Positions 20,935-28,724 of a DNA stretch of 64,000 nucleotides are shown piece by piece (position 1 is the first letter of the stretch; every line of letters begins with the position of its first letter). Source of the DNA: Bacteroidales bacterium (GTDB lineage: Bacteria; Bacteroidota; Bacteroidia; Bacteroidales; WCHB1-69); contig JAEETJ010000004.1 in assembly GCA_016290295.1 (NCBI GenBank), forward strand, positions 10,546 through 74,545, given 5' to 3'. Under the pieces are notes generated by a model. It was not told the origin of the DNA. It searched no databases and saw only the letters and a list, made by a program, of their open reading frames with translations. The position numbers were made by a program, and so were the translations under genes.

Positions 20935-21489
20935 ATGGCAGACACCTCAGCTCAATTTGACGAAATCGCCAAACAGTGCACCGACCTGTTTTCGAAAAAG
21001 GCCATTGACTATGGCACAGCATGGCATATTCTGCGACTGCCCTCGCTCACCGACCAGATTTATATCAAAGCCCAACGCATTCGCAGCCTGCAAGAGACCG
21101 GTGTAAACAAAGTGGGTGAAGGTATCATTCCTGAGTTTATCGGCATCGTCAACTATTCGGTTATGGCCCTCATCCAGTTGGAGGTAGGCGTAGCTGAGAC
21201 CATGGATGAGATGCTTCCCGCCGACGAGGCCATCAAGCTATACACCAAGTACCTCAATAAAGCCAAGGAGTTGATGATGAACAAGAATCATGACTATGGC
21301 GAGGCTTGGCGCAAGATGCGCATCAGTTCACTCACGGACATCATCTTGATGAAGCTTTTGAGAATCAAACAGATTGAAGACAACCAGGGCAAAACCCTCG
21401 TTTCCGAAGGCCTGGATGCCAACTATTACGACATGATTAACTATGCGATGTTTGCGTTGATTCGCTTAGTGATTGAAGAAGAGGAGTAA
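20935..21489 (+). CDS. DUF1599 domain-containing protein
   Basis: 184-aa ORF with two internal repeats of the DYG.AW....SL.D.I.IK..RI pattern (DYGTAWHILRLPSLTDQIYIKAQRI and DYGEAWRKMRISSLTDIILMKLLRI). Confidence 0.7.
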   Translation: MADTSAQFDEIAKQCTDLFSKKAIDYGTAWHILRLPSLTDQIYIKAQRIRSLQETGVNKVGEGIIPEFIGIVNYSVMALIQLEVGVAETMDEMLPADEAIKLYTKYLNKAKELMMNKNHDYGEAWRKMRISSLTDIILMKLLRIKQIEDNQGKTLVSEGLDANYYDMINYAMFALIRLVIEEEE

Positions 21490-21510
21490 ACGAGACATTT
21501 CAATTGATAG

Positions 21511-21542
21511 AAAAGGTCGGCAGAATCTGCCGACCTTTTTTT
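21511..21542 (+). terminator. rho-independent terminator; marks the left edge of the accessory island
   Basis: aaaaGGTCGGCAGaatCTGCCGACCttttttt: 9-bp GC-rich stem, 3-nt loop, T-run. Confidence 0.85.
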
Positions 21543-21750
21543 CTTATAAAAACTCCTAAAATTCCAATGGCCATCCTGAAGATTTCTATTGTATCAGAAA
21601 ACACACAATATGTTTCTTTTGCATGTTATCATACAATTTTGTCCACTTTTTGAACGAACGATACATTTTATACAACTCTGATTTTTAGCAAATTAACAAT
21701 AACTTTGCTCTTGATTTTATGATTTGGATAAAATAACTTTGCGGACAAAA
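21543..21750 (+). promoter_or_regulatory. cassette promoter module P1 (repeat family, copy 1 of 6)
   Basis: GTCCACTTT box at 21641, TGATTTTTAGCAAATTAACA core, and -7 box TAACTTTG at 21734-21741 (93 nt after the GTCCACTTT box). The ATG follows at 21757. Confidence 0.7.
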
Positions 21751-21756
21751 AAACAA

Positions 21757-22182
21757 ATGAACTTCACGAACAACAAAACTGGTGTCTTTGGACCCATATA
21801 TAACCAATTTCAAAACCAGCCGAAACTGGCTATTAAGCATTTACTTAAAGTACAAAACGGAGAGTGTCCCAAAGCACTGTTTCGCGAAGATATCGGATTT
21901 ATTGATATAGTATGGGGCAAAAATGATCCAAAAACCAACAAAGGATATGGTTTGAAACATATTGTGGAAAAACATGGTCAAAACATAAAATAATTGGGCT
22001 TTGAAGTTGAGGATTTTATTCCAATTGTGGTACAGTTTGGAAACTTATCCGTGAAGAAATCAGATGATAAGAAAATGATATTGGAAAGTGATACATTTAG
22101 AATAGTCATACAAACAAGGTGGGATAATCAGATCAAAATCTTTTTGCTAACAGCCTTTGATTTAAGAAAAAAGCCTGAATAA
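21757..22182 (+). pseudogene. small nuclease-like gene (PBECR/polyvalent-protein-module-like) interrupted by one in-frame TAA at 21991-21993
   Basis: MNFTNNKTGVFGPIYNQF...IDIVWGKND...GYGLKHIVEKHGQNIK-TAA-LGFEVEDF...IFLLTAFDLRKKPE. The two track ORFs (21724..21993 and 21994..22182) are in the same frame and contiguous. The domain assignment is from memory and is tentative. Confidence 0.5.
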
Positions 22183-22254
22183 ATCAGGCTAATTCTTGCA
22201 ATTACCAGGACTGCACTCATTGGTAATTTTACGATAAAGATACTCCCTTTACCA
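22166..22254 (-). ncRNA. candidate small antisense RNA (promoter + ~85-nt transcript + terminator)
   Basis: Minus strand: TTTG, then 19 nt, then TATCTTTG (-7 box, plus-strand coordinates 22261-22268). An internal hairpin AATTACCA/TGGTAATT follows. The terminator AGCCTGA-tttat-TCAGGCT+T6 straddles the stop codon of the plus-strand gene. No expression data. Confidence 0.3.
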
Positions 22255-22368
22255 ACGAGGCAAAGATACAAAAAAAATCATACGAAGCAAAAAATTTCTT
22301 TTCATTTTTTTCACCATGATAGGAAAATAGGTAAAAGATCTTTACCGACATTTTCAGCCTTGCAAAAC

Positions 22369-22560
22369 TTGACGGAATTAGCGGCGGAGCCGCAATCACC
22401 GTATAGACCCAGGCAGAGCGCCTATACCACCCCACCCTCGTAGAGGGTTCAACATCAACAGGCATGGGTATAACACCGTTATTTCTGCCGCGGTGCGGGT
22501 ATCGTGTGCACCGAAGCATTTTGGGCAAGGACACCGCGGAGGGGGGGAGCGTTTGAGACG
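22369..22560 (-). repeat. B module copy 1: ~190-nt GC-rich multi-hairpin element
   Basis: About 90% identical to 23341-23530. Hairpins: GCGGC-gga-GCCGC, ACCCTC-gta-GAGGGT, GTATAG...CTATAC, and an 8-bp stem CCGCGGTG/CACCGCGG (22487-22494 / 22532-22539) enclosing TGCTTCGGTGCA (minus-strand reading). Confidence 0.75.
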
Positions 22561-22775
22561 AAGAAGACACAATAAAAACTCCCAAAATTTCTGCTGCCAT
22601 TCTAAAGATTTTTGGAGCAGCAAAAAACACACAATATGCCTTTTTAGCATGTTATCGTATTATTTCGTCCACTTTTTGAACGAACGTTGCATTTTATACA
22701 ATACTGATTTTTAGCAAATTAACAATACTTTCATACTTGATTTTATGATTTGGATAAGATAACTTTGCAAATAAA
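22561..22775 (+). promoter_or_regulatory. cassette promoter module P2
   Basis: GTCCACTTT at 22667; -7 box TAACTTTG at 22760-22767 (93-nt spacing). Near-identical to P1 and P3. Confidence 0.7.
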
Positions 22776-22788
22776 AAAATTCAAAAAC

Positions 22789-22804
22789 TTGATATATATA
22801 TCAA
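22789..22804. promoter_or_regulatory. perfect 16-bp palindrome TTGATATATATATCAA (candidate operator)
   Basis: Read directly. It lies between P2 and a second -7-like box TAATTTTG (22814-22821), upstream of the small gene + XRE pair. Confidence 0.45.
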
Positions 22805-22828
22805 TTATTTTTATAATTTTGCAACGTC

Positions 22829-23066
22829 ATGAAAAAGAAAAGCACATTGGATAAAATATCCGAATCTCAAAAGGCTACACTCTACTCCATCAGCTTCGAG
22901 AAAGATGGCACAACTGAATTTGAGAAGTTTGTGTCAGAATTCGAGATGATATGTGATAGATTTACAACGGTTTGAAAAAATCTTAAAAGAAAACATTGAG
23001 AAAGGCTATATCAGCGTTCACGAAAAAGAACTTATAGGTACAGACAATATCATTTTCGAAATATGA
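22829..23066 (+). pseudogene. small gene upstream of XRE regulator, apparently frameshifted (+1) near 22970
   Basis: Frame 1 gives MKKKSTLDKISESQKATLYSISFEKDGTTEFEKFVSEFEMICDRFTTV*. The +1 frame continues KILKENIEKGYISVHEKELIGTDNIIFEI*, and its TGA overlaps the ATG of the next gene (ATGA at 23063-23066). Confidence 0.4.
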
Positions 23067-23332
23067 AAAACAAACAAGAATGGTTCAAATCAAAAGTGAA
23101 GCAAGTCCCTCCGGAAATCATGACGGAAGTACAGCTTTCCGCTGGCATTATTGCACGCATTGACAGAATTCTCAAAGAAAAAAACATGACCCAGCGCGAT
23201 TTGGCGAAGAAATTAGGGAAAAACGAAGCCATGGTATCACGATGGACCACAGGGTTCCCTAATTTCACACTTCGTACCTTAGCACAGATTTCCACCGCCT
23301 TGGGCGAACCGCTTATCAAATTGGCAGAGTAG
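23063..23332 (+). CDS. XRE-family helix-turn-helix protein (antitoxin-like regulator)
   Basis: 89-aa ORF. The HTH reads MTQRDLAKKLGKNEAMVSRWTTGFPNFTLRTLAQISTALG. Confidence 0.75.
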   Translation: MKNKQEWFKSKVKQVPPEIMTEVQLSAGIIARIDRILKEKNMTQRDLAKKLGKNEAMVSRWTTGFPNFTLRTLAQISTALGEPLIKLAE

Positions 23333-23340
23333 CCTTCCTG

Positions 23341-23530
23341 AGTTTGACGGAATTAGCGGCGGAGCCGCAATCACCGTATAGACCCAGGCAGAGTGCCTAT
23401 ACCACCCTACCCTCGTAGAGGGTTCAACATCAACAGGCATGGGTATAACTCCGTTATTTTTGCCGCGGTGTAGGTGTCGTGTGCACCGAAGCATTGGGCA
23501 AGGACACCGCGGAAGGAGGTCGATTGAGCT
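23341..23530 (-). repeat. B module copy 2
   Basis: Same hairpin set as B1. Differences include a 2-nt indel (cattttgggc vs cattgggc) and scattered substitutions. Confidence 0.75.
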
Positions 23531-23750
23531 GAAGAAGACACCCCAAAAACTCCCAAAATTTCTGCTGCCATTCCGAAGATTTCTGGAGTAGCAAAAAACA
23601 CACAATATGCATTTTTAGCATGCTATCGTATTATTTCGTCCACTTTTTGAACGAACGATACATTTTTTCATAACACTGATTTTTAGCTAATTAACAATAC
23701 TTTCACGCTTGATTTTAAGATTTGGATAAGATAACTTTGCGGACAAAAAA
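23531..23750 (+). promoter_or_regulatory. cassette promoter module P3
   Basis: GTCCACTTT at 23638; -7 box TAACTTTG at 23732-23739 (94-nt spacing). Confidence 0.7.
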
Positions 23751-23809
23751 ACTTATAGTAAAAAAAACAGTAAGTTATAACATATTGCAACTTTTTTGTA
23801 TTTTTGCCA

Positions 23810-24148
23810 ATGGAAAGAAAAATAATCACTTATGGAAATTATTTTAGATCATTTTTAAAGACGCTATGTGAAAATGTTCGATGGAAATTGGATTATGTAT
23901 TGGATATGTTGAAGACCCAAAAGCGGCTCAACTCGAGGTTCGTCAAACCTATAAGAGAAGGGATTTTTGAATTAAGAATAGAATGGGAAGGTGACATATA
24001 TCGGGTTTTCTTCATTTTCGACGAGGGTAACATTATCGTTCTTTTTAATGGATTCCAAAAAAAAACAAGAAGAACTCCGACTTCAGAGATAGAAAAAGCA
24101 ATAACGATAAAAAAGGAATACTATGAATACAAAAGAAAACAAAATTAA
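23810..24148 (+). CDS. type II toxin, RelE/ParE superfamily (HigB / phage Gp49-like)
   Basis: The ORF is trimmed to the ATG at 23810. The IREGIFELRIEWEGDIYRVFFIFDEGNIIVLFNGFQKKTRRTP pattern is typical of Gp49/HigB-like toxins. It is followed by an overlapping XRE antitoxin gene. Confidence 0.75.
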   Translation: MERKIITYGNYFRSFLKTLCENVRWKLDYVLDMLKTQKRLNSRFVKPIREGIFELRIEWEGDIYRVFFIFDEGNIIVLFNGFQKKTRRTPTSEIEKAITIKKEYYEYKRKQN

Positions 24149-24428
24149 GAGCTATGACACTATACTTGACGAAAGGTATGGTGCCGTTGGCACTCCCGAA
24201 AGGGAAGCTTTCCGCAAAGAAGCATACGCCTACTATATGGGCCAAGTAATACGTGAAGCCCGTCGGGAGGAAAAGATAACCCAGTCCGAACTAGGCAAAC
24301 GGATTGGCGCCAATAAAAGCTACATATCAAGAGTCGAAAACGGACTCATCGACCCCACCATTTCAACCATTTATAGCATTATTACGGCTTTGGGATTAAG
24401 AATTGAGATTGTGCGCCCTGTAGGTTAA
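24123..24428 (+). CDS. HigA-like XRE-family antitoxin
   Basis: 101-aa ORF with HTH ITQSELGKRIGANKSYISRVENGLIDPTISTIYSIITALG. It overlaps the toxin 3' end by 26 nt. Confidence 0.75.
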   Translation: MNTKENKIKSYDTILDERYGAVGTPEREAFRKEAYAYYMGQVIREARREEKITQSELGKRIGANKSYISRVENGLIDPTISTIYSIITALGLRIEIVRPVG

Positions 24429-24510
24429 CATAAACAGCCACAGGTCATTGTTTTTGCAGTTATAATTAGACACCTTTTGGGTATTCTATTTGATGAAATT
24501 CAAACAGCGA

Positions 24511-25086
24511 TTATAAGTCATCTATTGCCGAACTGCGAACCTTTTCGGAATTGGCCTTGTCGTAATAGCCCAATCGAACAGCAGCTGTATTATATTTTGT
24601 CCCAGAAATAATAGACAGCTCAATGTTACCTAGATCTGTAGAGAATATGGTATACCATTCATATTCACCATCTTTTAATGCATACATGATAAGAGCATTA
24701 TCATTCCCATGATAGTCTATAAAACGTTCTCTATTGTCCGATGGAATTCCATATTTTTCAGTCAACATGGATTTTAGAGTTTCATAATCACTTAAAACCG
24801 ATGTCCATGTATCTTTATCAGGAAACAACACTGTGATATGACTCACAACATCGAGGTTTTTCAACGTGGATACCCCAACAACACAATTTTTATATCCCGC
24901 GAAATCACCAGTCAATATGGATATTCCATCTTGAGTTCCCTCGTAGTGGAATCCGGCTTTTACCATGGCATTGGTATATTCCTGTAAGGTGCCATCAATG
25001 GGCACACCCTTAAAAGAAAGATGTTGTTGGGCAAATGCAGTACCTGCAATAATGAGGCAAACGAAAAGGATGATTATTTTTTTCAT
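24511..25086 (-). CDS. secreted hypothetical protein
   Basis: The ORF is trimmed to MKKIIILFVCLIIAGTAFAQQ (signal peptide). No recognisable domain. It starts 28 nt downstream of the radical SAM gene on the same strand. Confidence 0.55.
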   Translation of the reverse strand: MKKIIILFVCLIIAGTAFAQQHLSFKGVPIDGTLQEYTNAMVKAGFHYEGTQDGISILTGDFAGYKNCVVGVSTLKNLDVVSHITVLFPDKDTWTSVLSDYETLKSMLTEKYGIPSDNRERFIDYHGNDNALIMYALKDGEYEWYTIFSTDLGNIELSIISGTKYNTAAVRLGYYDKANSEKVRSSAIDDL

Positions 25087-25114
25087 AGGGCTGTTGGTTT
25101 TTTCAATGTTATGT

Positions 25115-27178
25115 TTATTTATGTTTATATCGTTTATTTGCATGTGCAGGATCTTTGTCATATTCTTTTTTCATCAAATAAAGTTCTGTATTAGACTCTA
25201 TTAGGGATTTTCTGTCATTTTTATAAAAAGATAATAATTCCAAAACCAAAGGATTACAGAATCGTTCGTTATCGTTCTCAAAATTATTTTGATGAATATA
25301 TTCTTTAACTTCTTCCCACTCATTTGATGGAAGTATATTTTCACATTTTTTGAAGCAAGTCCACCAGGAATAAACAGAAAAATGTTCCAAACTATAACCC
25401 AATACTCTTTTTGCAGTCTCTATACCTCTTTCAAGGCCAAGCCATTCAAAGAAAAAACGATAAATAATCATCGTTTCAGGCATTTCAAGCAATTGATGAT
25501 ATTCATTTATATCTTTGCCAAAAGCTTTCTCAAAAAAAGATGTGCCTCGCCCAATCTTGCCCTTGGTGCTATTTAATATGGCTTGAACGGCACGAATATA
25601 TTTTCTATTCCAATATTCTCCAATATAGTCTCGATTATGGGAAAAATCCTCTTTCATCTCATCGTTTTTGCGAATAGGATGGAATTTCATCGGGAAGGAA
25701 TATATACTTATTCCAAGAGTATCGCATAAATCCACATTAATCCTTAAACGCTCATATAAACTGTCTGGATGGTCTTTGTAATTATATAGCAAGTAATTTG
25801 AAAAATCTTTTATTCCTGCATCTTTACACATACGAATTGCCTCACAATATTCGACCTTAGTATGTAGATTATCAAAGGCTATGCGAACGGGACGAATGGC
25901 GATCTGTCCTAACAATCTGGCTTTTTCAGGTGTAAACAATCGAGCATCTAAACCTTGATTAAAATCAACAAAACGAAGTTTACCTTTCCCAGGCTGATAA
26001 TACTTTTTGCCCACATCTTTCAGTTCATCGTATGCAGCAAGAATATTTTCCTTTGTCGCTGAATGTAATTTGTTAATATGATATTTTTGGAACAATATTT
26101 TGTATGCGAGATATGATTCTTCTCTGTTTTTCAACTTATTATAAAGTTCCATTAATAGTCTTTGTGATTTTCGAACATAAGCACGATCATTAACACCTTT
26201 TTGAAGATTATTTATACTTAATCTCAATAAATCCGGTTGCACAAATTTCTCACCCTTAGCGAACCCACAATCCTTAATTTCTTGAATAATTTTATCAAAA
26301 TGATTGGATGCCAAAACATTGTTGTCCATTAAAAGCAGATCTTTTTGTTCACCGTATTTTTTTCGGACATTGTCTATCCGAATTTTTAAAGGGATATAAT
26401 CTTGATAAATAGGCTCTAGAGTTTTTACAGCGCAAAACGCACAATTCCTTATACAACCACGTGTAGTGTATCGATAATACGCATTAGACATAGGATACTG
26501 ATAATCTATCTCATCAAGAATAGAATAGTCTAGTTCTAATTCATCAATAGGAATAGTATTATCCAGATCTAAATCTCCAGGTCGTAGAATCCCGACATGG
26601 ATCCCACCTGGTTTACCATGTTTATGAAGTTTCAAACCCGTAGCTATTGACAATTCATGAGGTTGGATTGAGGCAAGTACCCCTCCAACCATAAGGTTAC
26701 TGTTTTTCTTAACCAAAAATTTTGCGAATTCGACGGTCTCTACAGTGATGTCCCAATAAAATGTGAAGAGAGTCGTCACACAAACGACGTCCCACTCTCG
26801 TTCTCGAGGATGTTTCCAAATTCCTTTCCAATAATAGTCTTTGTATTCAATGAGTTTGGAATATAAAAGAATTGATAATTCAGAACTCTCAAGTTCTAAT
26901 TTGTCAATATACTCTTTGCGTTTTGTACGAATAAATTGAATAACAAACTCTTTTTTTAAATACCATTCAACAGAAGAATCAATCTGGGAAAAAGCATTGA
27001 TACACTTATCAGCAATACGCTCAATCACAAATTGTTTCAAGTCGCCTTTATAAAACACAACTTCATCTCCCACCATTTTGTAGTAAGTAGAGATTTTCAT
27101 CAAACCTACTGGAGGAAACTTATTTGCATAATTAGGTTCAATAAGCAGTACTTTCCGTTTCTTTTTTTGCCTTGTCAT
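25115..27178 (-). CDS. radical SAM enzyme with N-terminal B12-binding-like (Rossmann) domain and long C-terminal extension
   Basis: 687-aa ORF with a CX3CX2C cluster (TTRGCIRNCAFCAV). The N-terminal KVLLIEPNY..PPVGLMKISTYYK..GDEVVFYKGD...VVCVTTLFTF...LMVGGVLAS resembles class B rSAM cobalamin-domain topology. There is no SPASM-type Cys cluster and it is not viperin-like. Its start lies 1 nt after the upstream gene stop. Confidence 0.75.
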   Translation of the reverse strand: MTRQKKKRKVLLIEPNYANKFPPVGLMKISTYYKMVGDEVVFYKGDLKQFVIERIADKCINAFSQIDSSVEWYLKKEFVIQFIRTKRKEYIDKLELESSELSILLYSKLIEYKDYYWKGIWKHPREREWDVVCVTTLFTFYWDITVETVEFAKFLVKKNSNLMVGGVLASIQPHELSIATGLKLHKHGKPGGIHVGILRPGDLDLDNTIPIDELELDYSILDEIDYQYPMSNAYYRYTTRGCIRNCAFCAVKTLEPIYQDYIPLKIRIDNVRKKYGEQKDLLLMDNNVLASNHFDKIIQEIKDCGFAKGEKFVQPDLLRLSINNLQKGVNDRAYVRKSQRLLMELYNKLKNREESYLAYKILFQKYHINKLHSATKENILAAYDELKDVGKKYYQPGKGKLRFVDFNQGLDARLFTPEKARLLGQIAIRPVRIAFDNLHTKVEYCEAIRMCKDAGIKDFSNYLLYNYKDHPDSLYERLRINVDLCDTLGISIYSFPMKFHPIRKNDEMKEDFSHNRDYIGEYWNRKYIRAVQAILNSTKGKIGRGTSFFEKAFGKDINEYHQLLEMPETMIIYRFFFEWLGLERGIETAKRVLGYSLEHFSVYSWWTCFKKCENILPSNEWEEVKEYIHQNNFENDNERFCNPLVLELLSFYKNDRKSLIESNTELYLMKKEYDKDPAHANKRYKHK

Positions 27179-27179
27179 A

Positions 27180-28712
27180 TCAAGCCAAATCTTTAACCAC
27201 TTTTTTTCTTAATTCTTCTAAAAGGTCCCTATGTCGCTTGGGGCAATACGCGAACAACAAATCAAATATTCGCTTTGTGATTTCTATATCACTGTTTGAC
27301 ATTACCTCTTTTAGGGATTCATACGGATCAGTTGGTTTCAACAAATTATTCGTGGAAACGATGTTACTTTTGTCAGATTGCGGCATATCGCTGCCTGTCT
27401 CTATGCTTGAAGCGATAACTTGTTGCTTGTAATGTTCAATTACTTGTTTGGCAGCAACTGATTGTGCATTTTTTGACTTCTCCTTCCGATAAAGCTTGTC
27501 CAGCACAATATTTTTCTCCTCCTGTTTTTCAGGGGTTAGCTTTTCCTCTTTTTCAATTGTATTGATATCTCTGACGACATTCTTAATTTCATTTGCCAAG
27601 TGATATAACTTAACAAGTTCATCAAATTTATCTCTAATGAACGACTTCAATTTCTCAGATTCAGGAGTTGGAGCTAATCCATCTCTAGCACTATTAAGTT
27701 TGATCTTGGGATTCACAATATGTATTTCCCCATAAAAATATTTATTACCTCGTGTTTCGTTTTTGGGAAAGTATTGTGTCAAAATATTAGCATCTCCAAC
27801 CTGTATATTATGTTTGCGTAAACGGAAGCAACTATTTTTATCCGACACAGGAATCTGTTTTGAGAAAGGTGTGTTTGCATACCATCCCCATGCCAACAAA
27901 CCGTATTTCTCATCTTCAAACTTGAAATACTCCAATCTTAAAATATCATCGCCGGTCCCTTCAATTTTTAACCCATATTTTTTCTTTAGAGAAATGCCAT
28001 TGTTGACCGATATTTGGAAAAAACCAACTTTCTGGTGTAAATCTCTATACTCATCGTGAACACAAGTATCAACCAATTGATTCTTAAAAGGCACGGAATA
28101 ATCAACTGGTGCAACTTCCTTGAGATAATCTGATATAACACACTCATCTAACAATTCTGGATAATCAGGGTGGATATTTTCAAGAGTTACAATAAAATAG
28201 TGTTTTGAAGCTTCTTCTTCGTATAGTTTCAAATCTGTAGTCTTATCAATCACTTCCGTTGCTGTAGAGTGGTCTGAATCATCATCTAGAATGTTTTTTA
28301 TTTTATCAATATCAAAGACTATTTCAGACGCCTTATTTTCGCCTTTAAAAGACGTCTTGAAAGAAAGTTTTTTACAAAAATATCCGCCGACCAGTCTTCC
28401 AATGCCAAATTGTCCAGCTGAAGTCTCTCCATCTTTTGAAGAGTCTGCTATATCAAGCAACACCGGTTCCACCTTGTCTATAGATACTCCTGTTCCATTA
28501 TCTTCAATGGTAATTATCTTGTCAGTTTTATTGATAGTGATAGAAATCCTTCCATCAGTTATCTTTGACAAGACACCACTTTGTACCGCATCATTTATTG
28601 CATCCCGTGAATTCTGTATGTATTCTCGATAAATCAATTTTGAATCTCCATACATTTGGAACATAAGCATGGAAATAAGATTCTTACCGACTTTTGATTT
28701 ATGCTCTGTCAT
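27180..28712 (-). CDS. GHKL-superfamily ATPase, Hsp90/HtpG-N-terminal-like (MORC-like conflict-system ATPase)
   Basis: 510-aa ORF. It has the N-box LIYREYIQNSRDAINDAV, the G1 box ITIEDNGTGVS and the G2 box GQFGIGRLVGGYF. The C-terminal half is helical and charged. Confidence 0.75.
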   Translation of the reverse strand: MTEHKSKVGKNLISMLMFQMYGDSKLIYREYIQNSRDAINDAVQSGVLSKITDGRISITINKTDKIITIEDNGTGVSIDKVEPVLLDIADSSKDGETSAGQFGIGRLVGGYFCKKLSFKTSFKGENKASEIVFDIDKIKNILDDDSDHSTATEVIDKTTDLKLYEEEASKHYFIVTLENIHPDYPELLDECVISDYLKEVAPVDYSVPFKNQLVDTCVHDEYRDLHQKVGFFQISVNNGISLKKKYGLKIEGTGDDILRLEYFKFEDEKYGLLAWGWYANTPFSKQIPVSDKNSCFRLRKHNIQVGDANILTQYFPKNETRGNKYFYGEIHIVNPKIKLNSARDGLAPTPESEKLKSFIRDKFDELVKLYHLANEIKNVVRDINTIEKEEKLTPEKQEEKNIVLDKLYRKEKSKNAQSVAAKQVIEHYKQQVIASSIETGSDMPQSDKSNIVSTNNLLKPTDPYESLKEVMSNSDIEITKRIFDLLFAYCPKRHRDLLEELRKKVVKDLA

Positions 28713-28724
28713 AACACTCTGATT

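Noticed and set aside
21994-22182. Treating 21994..22182 as an independent 62-aa gene with a TTG start.
   Set aside because: It is in the same frame as the preceding ORF and directly abuts it across a single TAA. It has no promoter of its own. The joined product reads as one domain.
22229-23605. Minus-strand ORFs 22229..22630, 22396..22650, 23279..23605 and 23407..23601, which share a peptide (...NNGVIPMPVDVEPSTRVGWYR.SAWVYTVIAAPPLIPS).
   Set aside because: They lie entirely in the B/P repeat modules. A 2-nt indel between the copies shifts the frame upstream. The differences do not look synonymous-biased. The hairpins with compensatory changes give a better explanation.
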